Positions 38,535 through 51,180 are shown, counted from the stretch's first letter. The stretch: DNA of 64,000 nt from Octopus vulgaris (GCA_951406725.2 OX597817.1:33480001-33544000), one strand, 5' to 3'. A program made the numbers and translations. The notes: generated by a model from the sequence alone, not told the origin.

Positions 38535-41500
38535 TCAGGATTTGGGCACCAAGGCCCATTCGAGCAGAGAGTTATTGTTTGCGGAGACATATCCGGGTGT
38601 GAGTGGTTTGTCCGGTACTGTTTGAAGGAATTTGTCCAAAGACTTCTTGAATTTTGTGTGGACAGTTTCTTTTTTGACGTGCCCTGGTGTAATGTTGAAG
38701 AGAGCAGGTCCAATTGAGGTGAAATAGGTGTGCCGTATTGTCGTTATGTGATGCGATTTAGATTTTTGTTGTGGACGGATGGCACGTGGTCCAAGCCTTG
38801 GATGCATTTTGAAGGTGATGCCAACATCATTCGGACAGTGCTGGTGGAATATTTTCCACATCATACAGATAATGTAGCGTTCACGGCGTCGTTGGAGTGA
38901 ATACAATTTCAGCTTCTCTAGTCTACCCCAGTAGTCAAGGTCTGACATGCCATCTATCTTTTTTGTGATTGACCTTTGGGGAGCTTCAATTCTCATAATA
39001 TTTTGTTTTGTGTAGGGAGACCACAGTGGACAGCAGTATTCAAGGTGGGGTCGGGCAAAAGTGGAGAAGAGAAGGATAATAGCGTGGGAATCTCTCGACT
39101 GGAAGGTTCTGAGAATCCAGGAACACATTCTGCGGGCCATGTCAACTTTGCTGCTTATATGTGTAGCCCAGCTTATGTTGTTGTCCACTGTTACTCCCAG
39201 GTCTCTGATGTTGTTGGATGCCATGAGAATTTCTCCAGAAGGAAGAGAGTATGGGAGTTTCAGAGCGTCCTCCCTTCCAAAGTGGATCAGTTCAAATTTG
39301 TCTTCATTTAGCAACATGTTATTCTTTTCCGCCCATTGGACAACAGCCAGTAGGTCTAACTGAAGGTTTATTCGGTCATCCACGCCATTGATGACCTTCT
39401 GGAGCTTGGAGTCATCAGCGAAGGTTCTGATGTTACTGTGTTTGATGGTATCAGTAATATCATTTATGTAGATGATGAAGAGAAGTGGGCCCAACACAGT
39501 GCCTTGTGGGACACCACTACTGACTTTGGCTGGGCTGGATTTGACTCCTTCGACTACAACATGTTGGGTTCTGTTAGACAGGAAGCACTTGATCCACTGC
39601 AGCAACTTTCCAGTGATACCAATATTGGACAGCTTTCTCAGAAGGATCTTATGATCAACCCTGTCAAAGGCCTTGCTGAAATCAAGGTAGATGACATCAG
39701 TGTTGGAACCTTCTCCCAAGGCTCTCAAAATGTCATCAAAATGATGCAGTAGCTGCGTCAGGCAATCTCTCCCATTACGGAATCCATGCTGGTTGGGGTT
39801 CAGCATATTATGCCTCTCAAGGAAGTGAGTCATACGCGATCTCAGCACCCTCTCAAATACCTTGATGATATGAGAGGTGAGTGAGATTGGACGGTAATTC
39901 ACGGCAAGCGATTTGTTTCCTTTTTTGAAAACTGGGACAACAGACTGGGATAGAAGGTCCTCTGGTATATATCCAGCATCCAGTGAGTTCCGCCACAGAT
40001 TGGCTAGAGGGGGTGCAAGTTGGTTTTGACACATCTTCAAGACACAAGCAGGGAACCTATCGGGACCTACTGCTGAATTATGCTTCATTTCCTTTATTGC
40101 TGCTAAGACATCAGGAGTGCCAAATGTTATTTCCGATAAAGTGTATTGGGGAGTAACATCACTGATACAGCCCAGATCAGTCATATCAGGATTGCTGAAA
40201 ACAGAGCAATATTGTTTCTGCAATATCTCTCCCATGGTTTTGGCATTGTCTTGAAGAGTACCATTTTCATCAATCAGAGGGCCAACAGTAGAACCAGTGA
40301 CTCTGTGTTTTTTTGCAAATGAAAAGAACACTTTGGGATTGAGTTTGATCTTCTCAATGGCCCAGGCCTCTTCAGCTCTTCGCTGACTATTGATGATAGA
40401 CATCATGTTGTTTTGGAGTTTATGTTTTTTAATCTCTAGCGACGAGATGGCAGTCAGGTTGGTGTGTTGCTGTTGACAGTATTTCAGCATGTTGATCTTT
40501 TTGTTGATTCTTTTAATTTTCCTTATGAGAGATTTTCTATTTCTAGGGATTCGACACTTAGATTTGTTTGCAGATCTTAATGGGGTGTGTCTTGCACATA
40601 TGTTCGTGATGGTGTCTACAAGTGACTGCCAGGACTTTTTAATGTTAGTGGGTGTGTATGTGTGCGTGAAGGACCAATCGACTTGTGCAAGATCATTATT
40701 GATCGCTTCCCAGTTTGCATTGTGGAAATCCATAGTGTCAAATGGATGAACAGGAGGGATGACATTTGTTTTGCATTTTGGCCAGTGAAATCTCAGATCA
40801 CAGAGAACCATGTCATGGTCGGAGAGTAGGGTTTTCTCCACTGCAATATTGTGGATAGTATCAGTGTGATTGCTGAAAATTAAGTCTAAGACGTTTTTGT
40901 GACATCTCGTTGGTTCGAGTACCAGTTGGGACAAGAAGAAGTCATCCATGAAGTCAAGAAGCGATTCCACTGCCTCCCTGTCAGGGGTTGAGAGAGAAGA
41001 ACCTGGCGGCAGACTGTTTGTAGACCAGTCAACCCCGGGAAGGTTAAAGTCTCCCATCATTAAAATGTTGTCAGGTTGACACTGCTGAATGAAACACTTT
41101 ATGCTGTTGAGGCATTCCTTGAAGCATGGTAGGGGCGTTTGGGGTGGTCTGTAGAGCCCAACTACTGTTAAGTTGTTGGTTTGACTGAATACAGCGACTA
41201 CTTCGCAGTATCCATTCGAAAATATGTTCATGGCTTCTGTTGAGAATGAATCATGGACATAAATGGCAGTCCCACCCTTTCTTCTGCCAGCACGATCAGC
41301 ACGAATGGTTTTGAAATTTTTAACTTTCACCTCGGCTTCCAAGTGGAGGTCACTAAGATGTGTTTCAGTGAGGACGAAGAAAGGGATGTGGTTTGGATGG
41401 GCCTCGACCCAGTCCTCCAGGAATCTTATCTTCCATTTTTGTGTATTGGTGGAAGGGCTGATGCCTTGGGCATTAAGCAGAAATGTTGAGGCGAGAGTGG

Positions 41501-41552
41501 ATGGTTTTAATTGTTTTGGTGATTTGTTTATTTGATTGCTTTTTAATGGCAT
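38535..41552 (-). CDS. LINE ORF2: AP endonuclease plus reverse transcriptase, 1005 aa, uninterrupted
   Basis: APE motifs LTETHL, YRPP, GDFNLP, LDLIF, SDHDMV; RT motifs YRPISLTS, QHGFR, YLDFSKAFDRV, GVPQGTVLGPLLF, FADD, RDLGV. Confidence 0.96.
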   Translation of the reverse strand: MPLKSNQINKSPKQLKPSTLASTFLLNAQGISPSTNTQKWKIRFLEDWVEAHPNHIPFFVLTETHLSDLHLEAEVKVKNFKTIRADRAGRRKGGTAIYVHDSFSTEAMNIFSNGYCEVVAVFSQTNNLTVVGLYRPPQTPLPCFKECLNSIKCFIQQCQPDNILMMGDFNLPGVDWSTNSLPPGSSLSTPDREAVESLLDFMDDFFLSQLVLEPTRCHKNVLDLIFSNHTDTIHNIAVEKTLLSDHDMVLCDLRFHWPKCKTNVIPPVHPFDTMDFHNANWEAINNDLAQVDWSFTHTYTPTNIKKSWQSLVDTITNICARHTPLRSANKSKCRIPRNRKSLIRKIKRINKKINMLKYCQQQHTNLTAISSLEIKKHKLQNNMMSIINSQRRAEEAWAIEKIKLNPKVFFSFAKKHRVTGSTVGPLIDENGTLQDNAKTMGEILQKQYCSVFSNPDMTDLGCISDVTPQYTLSEITFGTPDVLAAIKEMKHNSAVGPDRFPACVLKMCQNQLAPPLANLWRNSLDAGYIPEDLLSQSVVPVFKKGNKSLAVNYRPISLTSHIIKVFERVLRSRMTHFLERHNMLNPNQHGFRNGRDCLTQLLHHFDDILRALGEGSNTDVIYLDFSKAFDRVDHKILLRKLSNIGITGKLLQWIKCFLSNRTQHVVVEGVKSSPAKVSSGVPQGTVLGPLLFIIYINDITDTIKHSNIRTFADDSKLQKVINGVDDRINLQLDLLAVVQWAEKNNMLLNEDKFELIHFGREDALKLPYSLPSGEILMASNNIRDLGVTVDNNISWATHISSKVDMARRMCSWILRTFQSRDSHAIILLFSTFARPHLEYCCPLWSPYTKQNIMRIEAPQRSITKKIDGMSDLDYWGRLEKLKLYSLQRRRERYIICMMWKIFHQHCPNDVGITFKMHPRLGPRAIRPQQKSKSHHITTIRHTYFTSIGPALFNITPGHVKKETVHTKFKKSLDKFLQTVPDKPLTPGYVSANNNSLLEWALVPKS

Positions 41553-42333
41553 GTGCAGTGGGGTATTTGTGGTGGATGGTGGTGGGTGATAGCTCGGATG
41601 TTTTTTTCCAGTTCTTTTGCTAGATTCATCATAGCTAAAAAAGAGGAAGAAGAGGTGGTTTCCTGTCTAGGGAACCGCAGGTGACTGTGGCCGCGGCTAT
41701 TTTTATGTGAGTGGTTATCTTTAAATGTCCGACGAGTCCCCGGGAGATGGGTAAAGGGGCAATCCCTGTGCAGACACAATCTGTCTCGCTGGGAATAGCG
41801 GCAGATTTGGGGATTCCTTGTTTGAGATATTGGTGGTTGTGGTGGTGTTGTATTATGGTGGTTGCTGTTGTAGTTTGTGGGGATAGAGCGTTTTGTTCCA
41901 GGTAAATGGGTGAATTTGCAGTCTCTATCAGTGCACAGTCTATGGCGAAGAGAATATCGGCAAATGATGGGGTTTCGAGTGGGTGTGTAGGTGCGTGTGT
42001 GTGAGTTGTGAAAGGTGTAGATGATAGTTTGTTGAAGTTTTGGCGACCTTTGTGACCTGTAGGAGGTAAATTCCTTGAGATAGCATTAGTAGTAGTAGTT
42101 GTAGTAGTAGGTAGAAGAGATGTTGACAGTAGTAATGATTGAGGAGGTCGATTCCAAGACAAAGATGTTTGTGGATACATAGTTGGAGTTGTACTAGTAG
42201 TAGTAAGCAGAGGAGATGGTGTTGACACTGATGATGATTGAGCTGCTGGGGCAGTGAAAGGAAGGGGTGGTGCTTCCTGCTGTGTGACCCTGATGACTGG
42301 GGGGTCAATCGTTTCGTTTAGCAAATCTGCCAT
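41543..42333 (-). pseudogene. LINE ORF1 with two CCCH zinc fingers, split by one frameshift
   Basis: MADLL.. frame must shift (between ~42085 and ~41980) into a frame encoding CRYSLRHRLCTDRDCKFTH (41906-41962) and CRYSQRDRLCLHRDCPFTH (41747-41803); its stop lies 10 nt into ORF2. Confidence 0.8.
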
Positions 42334-42609
42334 TGTAGATGAATCGAGGAGTGGTTCATCCTGTTGTTGTTGCTGTATCTGTTGTTGTTGTTGCCGCTGA
42401 GTTTGTTGTTGAGGTTGTTGTTGTTGTTACCGCTGAGGTTGTTGCTGCTGAAGTTGTTGTTGCTGTAGCTGTTGTTGTTGTTGTTGCCGCTGAGTTTGTT
42501 GTTGTTGAGGTTGTTGTTGTTGTTGTTGCGCCGGTGATGCGTTCGAAGAGAAAACACATCTCAGTTTATCGAAGTGTTTAGTTATTAATTTAAAAGCAAC
42601 TTCGATTTG

Positions 42610-42698
42610 TATATACATTATATATACATATGAATATATATATATATATATATATGTACATTGTATATTATATATATATATATGTACGTTATATATAC

Positions 42699-42730
<32 letters not shown>

Positions 42731-42930
42731 GAATATACATATATATATACATATATATATACTGCATATATATATACATATATACATTATATATGGTGCT
42801 GCAGCATGGCCCCAGTCAAAATGACTGAAACGAGTAAAAGAGGGATACACACACACATATATGTATATATATATATATATATTATATATATATATATATA
42901 TACATATATATATACATATATATATATATA
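42610..42930. repeat. Complex (TA)n array containing a short SINE A tail (~42795-42840)
   Basis: Direct reading. Confidence 0.92.
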
Positions 42931-43459
42931 CACACACACATACATACAAACATTTATAGACACATATAATGTGGATTGTAATTTTAATGAAGTCACAGAA
43001 AAAACTGTTTATGCTGATGGCTTATGATAAACTGAAATGGTCCGATCCACATAATTGTAAATAGGTGGCAAGACAGGAGGTAGTTTACTGCTTCAGCAAT
43101 CTCGAGGAGTGTTTAAAATGCAACAACCTCGTTGCTTTGCAGTCTGTGGCACAAATCTAATAGAGTAATATATGGCGTTTACAACGTGAATTACTTAGCC
43201 ATGAATGAATCTGTTTTCGTTAAGTGAAGGAAAACACTTTAGGTGTAATATTCTTGTGACATGTTCTTTGCATTCTTTACTTTGTTTTAGCCACTACAGT
43301 CGGGGCCATGCTAGAGTATTGCCTTCGGGATTGAATCTTGTTCATTTGTTTTATATTCGTCTCAGTCTATGACTAAGCTTCAAATGTTTTTCGATGGGTT
43401 TTTCGGTATACAAAACTGGCGGATCAACGGATCGATACAAGTGGACTCTTCTAACTCTT

Positions 43460-43672
43460 ACTCCCTTTTTACTCTTTTACTTGTTTCAGTCATTTGACTG
43501 TGGCCATGCTGGAGCACCGCCTTTAGTCGAGCAAATCAATCCAAGGACTTATTCTTTGTAAGCCAAGTACTTATTCTATCGGTCTCTTTTGCTGAACCGC
43601 TAAGTTACGGGGACGTAAACACACCAGCATCGGTTGTCAAGCGATGTTGGGGGGACAAACACGGACACACAA
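43460..43672 (-). mobile_element. 5'-truncated SINE family A; a + strand tail copy lies at 59363-59515
   Basis: Matches the 3' half of 3681-4107. Confidence 0.85.
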
Positions 43673-44048
43673 ATTTCATAGGAAATTTTTTCTTTTTGCA
43701 GATGGATAATCTATATTATGGATAAATGCAGCAAAATATATTTTGAAAGTTTCAGGAGAAATTTTGGTGAGGTTTTATGTCTTTTTTTTGTATGTGTTAC
43801 CTCTACAACTATGCCAAAAAGTTCCTGTACGGGCTTCTGATGCGAGCGTTTAGAAAAAGGAAATACCAGGAAGTTCCACAGTTGCTCCCACTCTTCGTGA
43901 TTATTTTTCTTTCACTCTTGTACTCTGGCATACGAAAGTTTAGAATAAGGTTTTCTAGAGCCCCACACATTCTACATATATTTGACGTTCTCTTCGGGAT
44001 AATATACAGAGATATCTCCAATAACAAAGGTTTTCGTCATTTTATTTA

Positions 44049-45474
44049 TTACGTTGTTTCACATGAAATGTCGTATTTGAAAGGTAATAATAAAATGCTT
44101 CAAAAGTGTTAGAGAACTGATTTATTTAATCAAAATATGATCCATGTTTATTTATGACGTTTACCCAATGTTTCTCTCTGTCAAATATTCTATCTTTAAA
44201 AAACGATTCATCTTTTGTTGAGATAAACTGTCCGAATGCTTCAATTACCTCTTCTCTATTTAAAAGAAGCAACCCGGACTAGTGAATAGAGATGGCCCAA
44301 TTTTGCTCCACGACAATGCACGTCCTCACACTCCTCAAGCTATGGTCCAAATGTTACAAAGTCAGAATTATAAGATTTTGCAACATCCTCCCTATTTTCC
44401 TGATATCTCTCCTACTCATCATTACTTATTTAAGCATTTTGAGCTTTTCATAAGCAATAAAACATGAAATGTCGTATTTGAAAGGTAACAATAAAATGCT
44501 TCAGAAGTGTTAGAGAACTGATTTATTTATTCAAAATATGATCCAAGTTTATGTATGACGTTTACTCAACGTTTCTCTATGTCATATATTCCATCTTTTA
44601 AAAAAATTCATATTTTGCTGTGATAAACTCTCCGAATGCTTCAATTACTTCTTCTCTATTTAAGAATGTTTTATTGCTTATGAAAAGCTCAAAATGCTTA
44701 AATAAGTGATGATTAGTAGGATAGATATCAGGGGAATAGAGAGGATGTTGCAAAATCTCGTAATTCAGGCTTTGCAACTTTTGTACCATACCTTAAGGAG
44801 TGTGAAGAAATGCATTGTCGTGGAGCAAAATTGGGCCATCTCTATTCACTAGTCTGGGTTGCTTCTTTTTCAAATTCTCGTGCACACAATCGATTTCCTG
44901 GCAATACGATGTTGCTGTTACCGTTTTTCCTTTTTTCAAAAATGATTAATGAATAACTCCCTTCTCAAATCACCATACAGTGACCACTAACTTTTTAGGG
45001 TGCAATGGTGGGTTTGGGTAGTGTTTAGGTGACTCTTCTGCGTCTAATAACTTTCTTGTTCTCCTGCTGTTGACAAAGAGTTTTCGAACCTTTGTTCTCG
45101 GATTTTGTTCAACGAAACCATTTAATCCATCATGCCGAATAACTGATTTGGCCTACCCCTTGGTTTATTTTCAAGGCTATGATCTCCTGAACGAGAGCTT
45201 TGGAACCATCTTTCTACAGTTCTTTTGTCAACAAAACCATTACCAAAGGCCCGCTTGATATTCTGTAGAGCTCCTGCGGCAGAGTGACCCAGTTTGCACT
45301 CATTCAACATAGTCTAGCTGTTATCATTTTTATAAGGTCTGTGGGTACAAATTTTGTATATCAATATTGTTGGGAAAAAGAGTCATGACTAATGCAATGT
45401 AGACATAATTGAGTTTTTAAATGACTGCAATAACAAGTAATTAGAAATGCGACATTTCATGTGAATCAACCTAA
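44049..45474 (-). mobile_element. Rearranged, defective mariner transposon
   Basis: TIRs TTA(C/G)GTTG.TTCACATGAAATGTCG with TA flanks (44047-48, 45475-76); transposase motifs LLHDNARPH and HPxYSPDI; HTH-region remnant RTVERWF..PRGRP; internal duplication and inversion. Confidence 0.9.
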
Positions 45475-47941
45475 TATCTATGAATACACTTTGAAATTTT
45501 TCGTGTTACTTGGCAAGTCTTAGTCAGCCAACCTGCTCAAAACAGGATATTTCCATAATGTCAATATCAATGTCTGGCCTCTCATAGTAAATGTTTTTGA
45601 TACCTAGCTACTAAGACGCCGGCATGCTGACAGTCTATTTAATATGTTTAGAGTGACATGAATCTGCCGGCATAGTCCAGGGTTTGAATTGTTTCTTTGT
45701 TTGGGTAAAGTAAAACTTCTTGCCGTTGAATAACTTCCTTCCGTAACAGATAACATTGAATGATGTTGGGGAATGAACAAGATATTATTTTCATTCATAC
45801 AGTAATGCAATAGTGTTTAGGCCGCGTAGGCATGCATAAATATAAATGTTTGCCTTGATCGGCAGCATTATTTTACTGTCGTCTGCATATCTCCTGTGAT
45901 CGGTTGAACAGTTTTGCTTATGCCTGATAATAATATAACGAACAAAAGGGGTGCCAGATTGGTGACTCGTGGTGCTTCTCGTATTGGCATAAACTTTTCG
46001 GGTAGGTATCGTTGGTCTTTTGACTACACACACACACACACACCCATTCACACACACATACACACACGCACACATTCACACACAAGTAATTATTTGAACT
46101 TTGGGTATGTGTCTAGTAGCATGCCGATTAAAGCACTTAGATCGTGTAGGCTACCTGATGTCATCCACGGTTATGATATAATTGTCACTGGATCTACGTC
46201 AGAAATTCCACAGTTTATAGTCAATATCTTACAGACGACCACAACATGCCGAGCGAAACTCAGTATACGTAACGAAGTATATTATTTAAAACGTGACACC
46301 TGACGAGATGCATCCTGCAAAGATGGATGCAACACAACTAGCTGTGCAACATCCCACCTGTAAGGAAGAGATGCAAGCAGCGTCGAAAAGATCGTTGTGT
46401 TGAGTAAAGATTCTTGCAAACTTCATTTTTCGTTTATTGGGGAGAGAAGTCGTGCATTTCGAAACCTTAACTCATATCCTATCCTCATTGATTTTGGAAA
46501 TGTTCATATCCACTGATCAAATTACCTCAATAACTGTATAAATATTTTGTTTTATGCCTGACTGCCTGTGTGTATATGTATGTATGTATGTATGTATGTT
46601 CTTCTGGTTTTTTATCTTTCACATTTTGCACCAATACCAATAGGAGCTGCCTTTTAATACAGAAAGGTTGGAATTTAAGCATCAAGTAAGCATATAAGTT
46701 ATATGTATAAATGTGGTTAGGGTGTTGCACTCATGATCGCAGGATCGTGATTTCAAGTTTTGAACCGTTTAGTGCATTGTATTCTTGAGCAAGACTCTTC
46801 ATCTCACGTTACTCTGCGATCACTTCGACACCTGGCTTGCGGTACACCGTAACCTGTTCAGGCAAAGTCGATTTGATAGAGGGAGTGAGCTAATGTACAA
46901 CATTTTAGACAAATCATTTGTGCAGATTGTTTAGTAAGAAATTACAGAACCGTCTCTGTCGGACTACAGAGACTATCATACATATATATAAATGTAAGCA
47001 TCCGGGTATGCTTCATAGATCTGTGTGTTTAGAGATACGTATATGTACATACTAATATGTATGTATATGTACTCATATATATGTGTTAGGTTAGATTGTT
47101 TGGGAAAACCAAATGTATAAATCATAGAGTTGTTCTTAGAATATATTTGCGGAGAATAAAGAGCACCGTGAATATAGACCCAAATAGGAATTAGCGAAAA
47201 GACAAGAGATAAAATGAAGGACTTGCTCCACTCCCATATATTAAATAGAAATTTGGCAAATATTTGTAAATCTTCTGATAGATATATCTCATATATTGTT
47301 AATTATAATGACCTCTGTTCTTTCCCATACATATTTTAGCTCACCTGGTACATCCATCTTTGTATCACCCATACTGTTACATACCTCAGTCTTTTCATCC
47401 TTTCTATATTATATATGTTAGTGCTTATTCAAACTATTGTATCTTTATTTGTATTCTGTCTAAGAATAACTTAATCTTTAACTATTTCTAGTTTTCTATG
47501 ACGACGCAGAGTGTATATATTCTCGTACATTTCCATAGTAGTTCTTTTTCAATGCTTCAGCAAGTACGGTGAAGTTTACGGTTAGCCGGGGAGGTCTAAT
47601 AAGAAAGAAACATGTCTTCGTATACGTTAATATTAACTTATACATGTTATTCAATGCATTCTTCGGAGAGCGTTGTGTTTGTTCAAGTCTACATCACGTT
47701 GTCTGATTCTTTCTCGTTAAAATAGTTGGTTTGTTTGGACGAACCGGTATATACTACTTTCGAAGTCAAGAGTGCTGTCAAGAGTCAATTCAATAAACTT
47801 CACAAGAAGCAGTCAACCAGACGAGCTTCCTCACAGTTTCTTCCTTCCCAATTTCACTCTCGAGGGTTCTGTCTACTTGAGGTTACGGTAGAAGTGGTAA
47901 TGGTCCAGAGTGTCATGCAGAGAAGTCAAACTTGGAATGAG

Positions 47942-48022
<81 letters not shown>

Positions 48023-48124
48023 GCTGTAAGACTACTTTTCTCCTTATAAATGTCCTAGAAATTTCACTGTCTTGGCTTTGTTGTCGCATTTTATTTAAGA
48101 CACACACACACAGACACACACAGA

Positions 48125-48680
48125 TAGATGTTATTTTCTCGGACGAGACATACTTTACCTTATTTCCGACCACCGGCCGAGTATGCGTGTGGAGACAGCC
48201 AAAAGAAGCATTTGACCCAGATTACCTTCTTCCAACTGTTAAACATGGAGGAGGACGTGATGATCTGGAGGGATATATCTTGGAAATCCGCCAGCCCAAT
48301 AGTTTCCCTCCATGGCAGAATTCCTCCTATGGTTGCGGAACTATTTCCGGAACGCAATCTTTCAGTATGAAAATGCACCAATTCACACAGCTAAAGTTGT
48401 TACTGAATGTCATGAAGAACATTCTAGTGAAGTCGAACAACTTATCTGGCCACCACAGTCCCCAGATCTCAATATTATTGAACATTTATGGTGCACTTTA
48501 GAAAAACAAGTAAGAAGTCGATATCTTCCTCAATCATCACTACAAGAACTGGAGACAGTTTTAGCTGAAGAATGGACAAAAATTCCTTTGGAAACAATTC
48601 AAACTTTGTAGGCGGTCCTACCTCATATCAAAATAAATTTGTTTGAAATTTTAAGGGGTTTCCATTATTTTGTCTAAACC

Positions 48681-48683
<3 letters not shown>
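48125..48683 (+). mobile_element. Tc1-like transposase 3' fragment
   Basis: VIFSDE, PTVKHGGG, FQYENAPIHTA, WPPQSPDLNIIEHLW; frameshifted and deleted. Confidence 0.88.
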
Positions 48684-48730
<47 letters not shown>

Positions 48731-51180
48731 GTATATATATTATATATATATGACACGACAGGCTTCTTACAGTTCCCGTCTACCAAATCCACTCACAAGG
48801 CTTTGGCCGACCCGGGACTATACTAGAAGACACTTGCCCAAAGTACCAAGCAGTGTGATTGAATGTGGAACTATGTGGATGGGAAGCAAACTTCTTACCA
48901 CACAGCCACATCTGCGCAAATGAAAATTAAAGTGTAATTCTTTTAGTTTGTTTTGTTTGTAATATTATGTCAATAAAAAACGGAGAGCAGATAGAATCGT
49001 CAGTACACCAGGCAAAATGCTTAGCGGCATTTTGTCCGTCTTTATGTTCTGAGTTCAAATATCGCCGAGGTCGACTTTACCTTTCATCCTTTGGGGGGGT
49101 CGATAAAATAAGTACCAGATGAGCAAAGTGGAGTCGATATAATCGACCTACCCCCTATTCCGAAATTGCTGGCCTTGTGCCAAAATTTGAAACCAATATT
49201 ATGCTTAGAAAACAACAGACTAATCTCAATGTAGTATTTAATAATAGGAAGGTGGTGAGTTGGCAGAAACGTTAGCATGCCGGGCGAAATGCTTAGCAGC
49301 ATTTCGTCTGCCGTTACGTTCTGAGTTCAAATTCCGCCGCGGTTGACTTTGCCTTTCATCCTTTCGGGGTCGATAAATTAAGTACCAGTAATCGACTAAA
49401 TACCTTTGTCTGTCCTTGTTTGTCCCCTCTATGTTTAGTCCCTTGTGGGTAATAAAAAAAATAGGTATTTAATAATAGGGGAAAATGTACACACATAAAA
49501 GAAGTCTGCAAACAAAAATGGAATAAAGCGTGTTAAATTTTTGTTTGCTCAACAGAAAGCTTTAGTGTGTAACATCAATGTAGAAATAATCATTCATGAG
49601 AGCGACAAAAGAAAAAAAATAATGAATAAATAAATGCAATCTAAGGCATATATTGATGATTTCAGTCTAAACTATATTATAAAAGTGCTGAATTTTTATT
49701 TCATTTTTATTATGCTTTTTTTCAAGTTGTAAATTGAAAAAGTATTGGGAAGTTAAACGAAAGATTAAAGAGATCTTCTTAAGAACAATGAAACCTCTTG
49801 AGGGAATAGTATTTAATATTGTGGCCATATAAAAGGCGGTGAGCTGGCAAAATCGTTAAGCTCGCCGGACGGAATGCTTAGCGGCATTTCGTCCATCTTT
49901 ACGTTCTGAGTTTAAATTCCACCGAGTTGAGTACTGGGGTCGTTGCAATCGCTTTAATCCCACACCCGAAATTGCTAGCCTTGCTTCAAACTTTGAAGTC
50001 AATATTGTAGCTGCATGTACTCGGAAAAGTACTGCGGCCAGCTGTCGGATTACGGAACAATGTGGTCTTTATTTCTTTGGTTTTTTTTTGGGTTTTTTTT
50101 AATGATATGAATATATTCATCAGTGCTTCACAGAAACTGTAGAATTAATTATCGTATGTAAATAAACACTGTGAGCAAATACAGTTAATTATGGTAAAGA
50201 TCAATATGTTTTTAGCTTTTATTTCTCGTTTGTTTCAGTCGCGAGACTGCGGCCATGCTGGGGCACTGCCTGGAAGAATTTTTAGTCGAATGAATGGGCC
50301 CCCAGTACTTATTTTTTAAAGCCTGATACTTATTCTATCCGTCTCTTTTGCCGCACTGCTATGCTACGGTGACGTAAACACACTAATACCGGTTGACCAG
50401 CTGTATGGAAGGATAAACGCAGACACAAAGGTACGCATACATAGGTGTATATACACGACGAGCTTCTTTCAGTTTCCGTTTACTAAATCCTCTCACAAGT
50501 CTTTGGTCGGCTCGAGGCTATAGTAGTAGACACTCGCCCAAGGTGCCATGCTGTGGAACTGAACCCGGAACCATGTGGTTGGGAAGCCTGCGCCTTTTAT
50601 TTGACTTGCAGTGTTGAGTTCAAACTACACACCAAGCTTGCTGTGGGATGTATTCCGTTACATTGACGAGGTCAAGAGACATTGCACGAAAGTGAATATT
50701 TGTACCATAAAAGCAGTTGGTTATGGTATTACTCTCCTCATGCCACCTATATCCAACTTTAATCAGAAACATAAATTGGTGCATAAGAAAATTTAAATGA
50801 TAACAATCAATAATGGAAAAGTTTTTTAAAGATTCTAATACTTATTTCAAGGTAAAGATAAAAGAAAAAATTTTTCAGCATCTAAACAAACCTACACTAA
50901 GAGAGAGACATTATTTCTTAATAATAAAACTTGTTTTTTAATAGGTTAAATTCTGATGGCCAAGATAAGGAAAGAGAAAGATAGAATAAGGACAAATAAA
51001 GTCATCTGTTGATAATATTTACGACAAGATCAGTAAATAAATAATGAAAAGGTCGTCTTTGAAGATTTACTGACCCAAGATCAGATGTCTTATCGTTAGA
51101 TAAAATTCAAAGTCCGGTATAATTGCGATCATGTTTCGATTCTCCGTTACAATCGTTTCGCTTTATTTTATGTTACCAAT

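Larger units (their letters stand above)
38461..42609 (-). mobile_element. Near-full-length CR1-group (CR1/L2/Crack-like) LINE
   Basis: (CAA)-rich 5' region, ORF1, overlapping ORF2, short 3' UTR; both ends abut (TA)n. Confidence 0.9.

Noticed and set aside
38976-41535. Several plus-strand ORFs
   Set aside because: Antisense shadows of LINE ORF2
47583-47620. Hammerhead-like CCGGGGA-GGTCT..AGAAA-GAAACATGTC (and CTGAAGAAGG..CCTCGAA near 12280)
   Set aside because: Core nucleotides deviate at several positions and cannot be distinguished from chance
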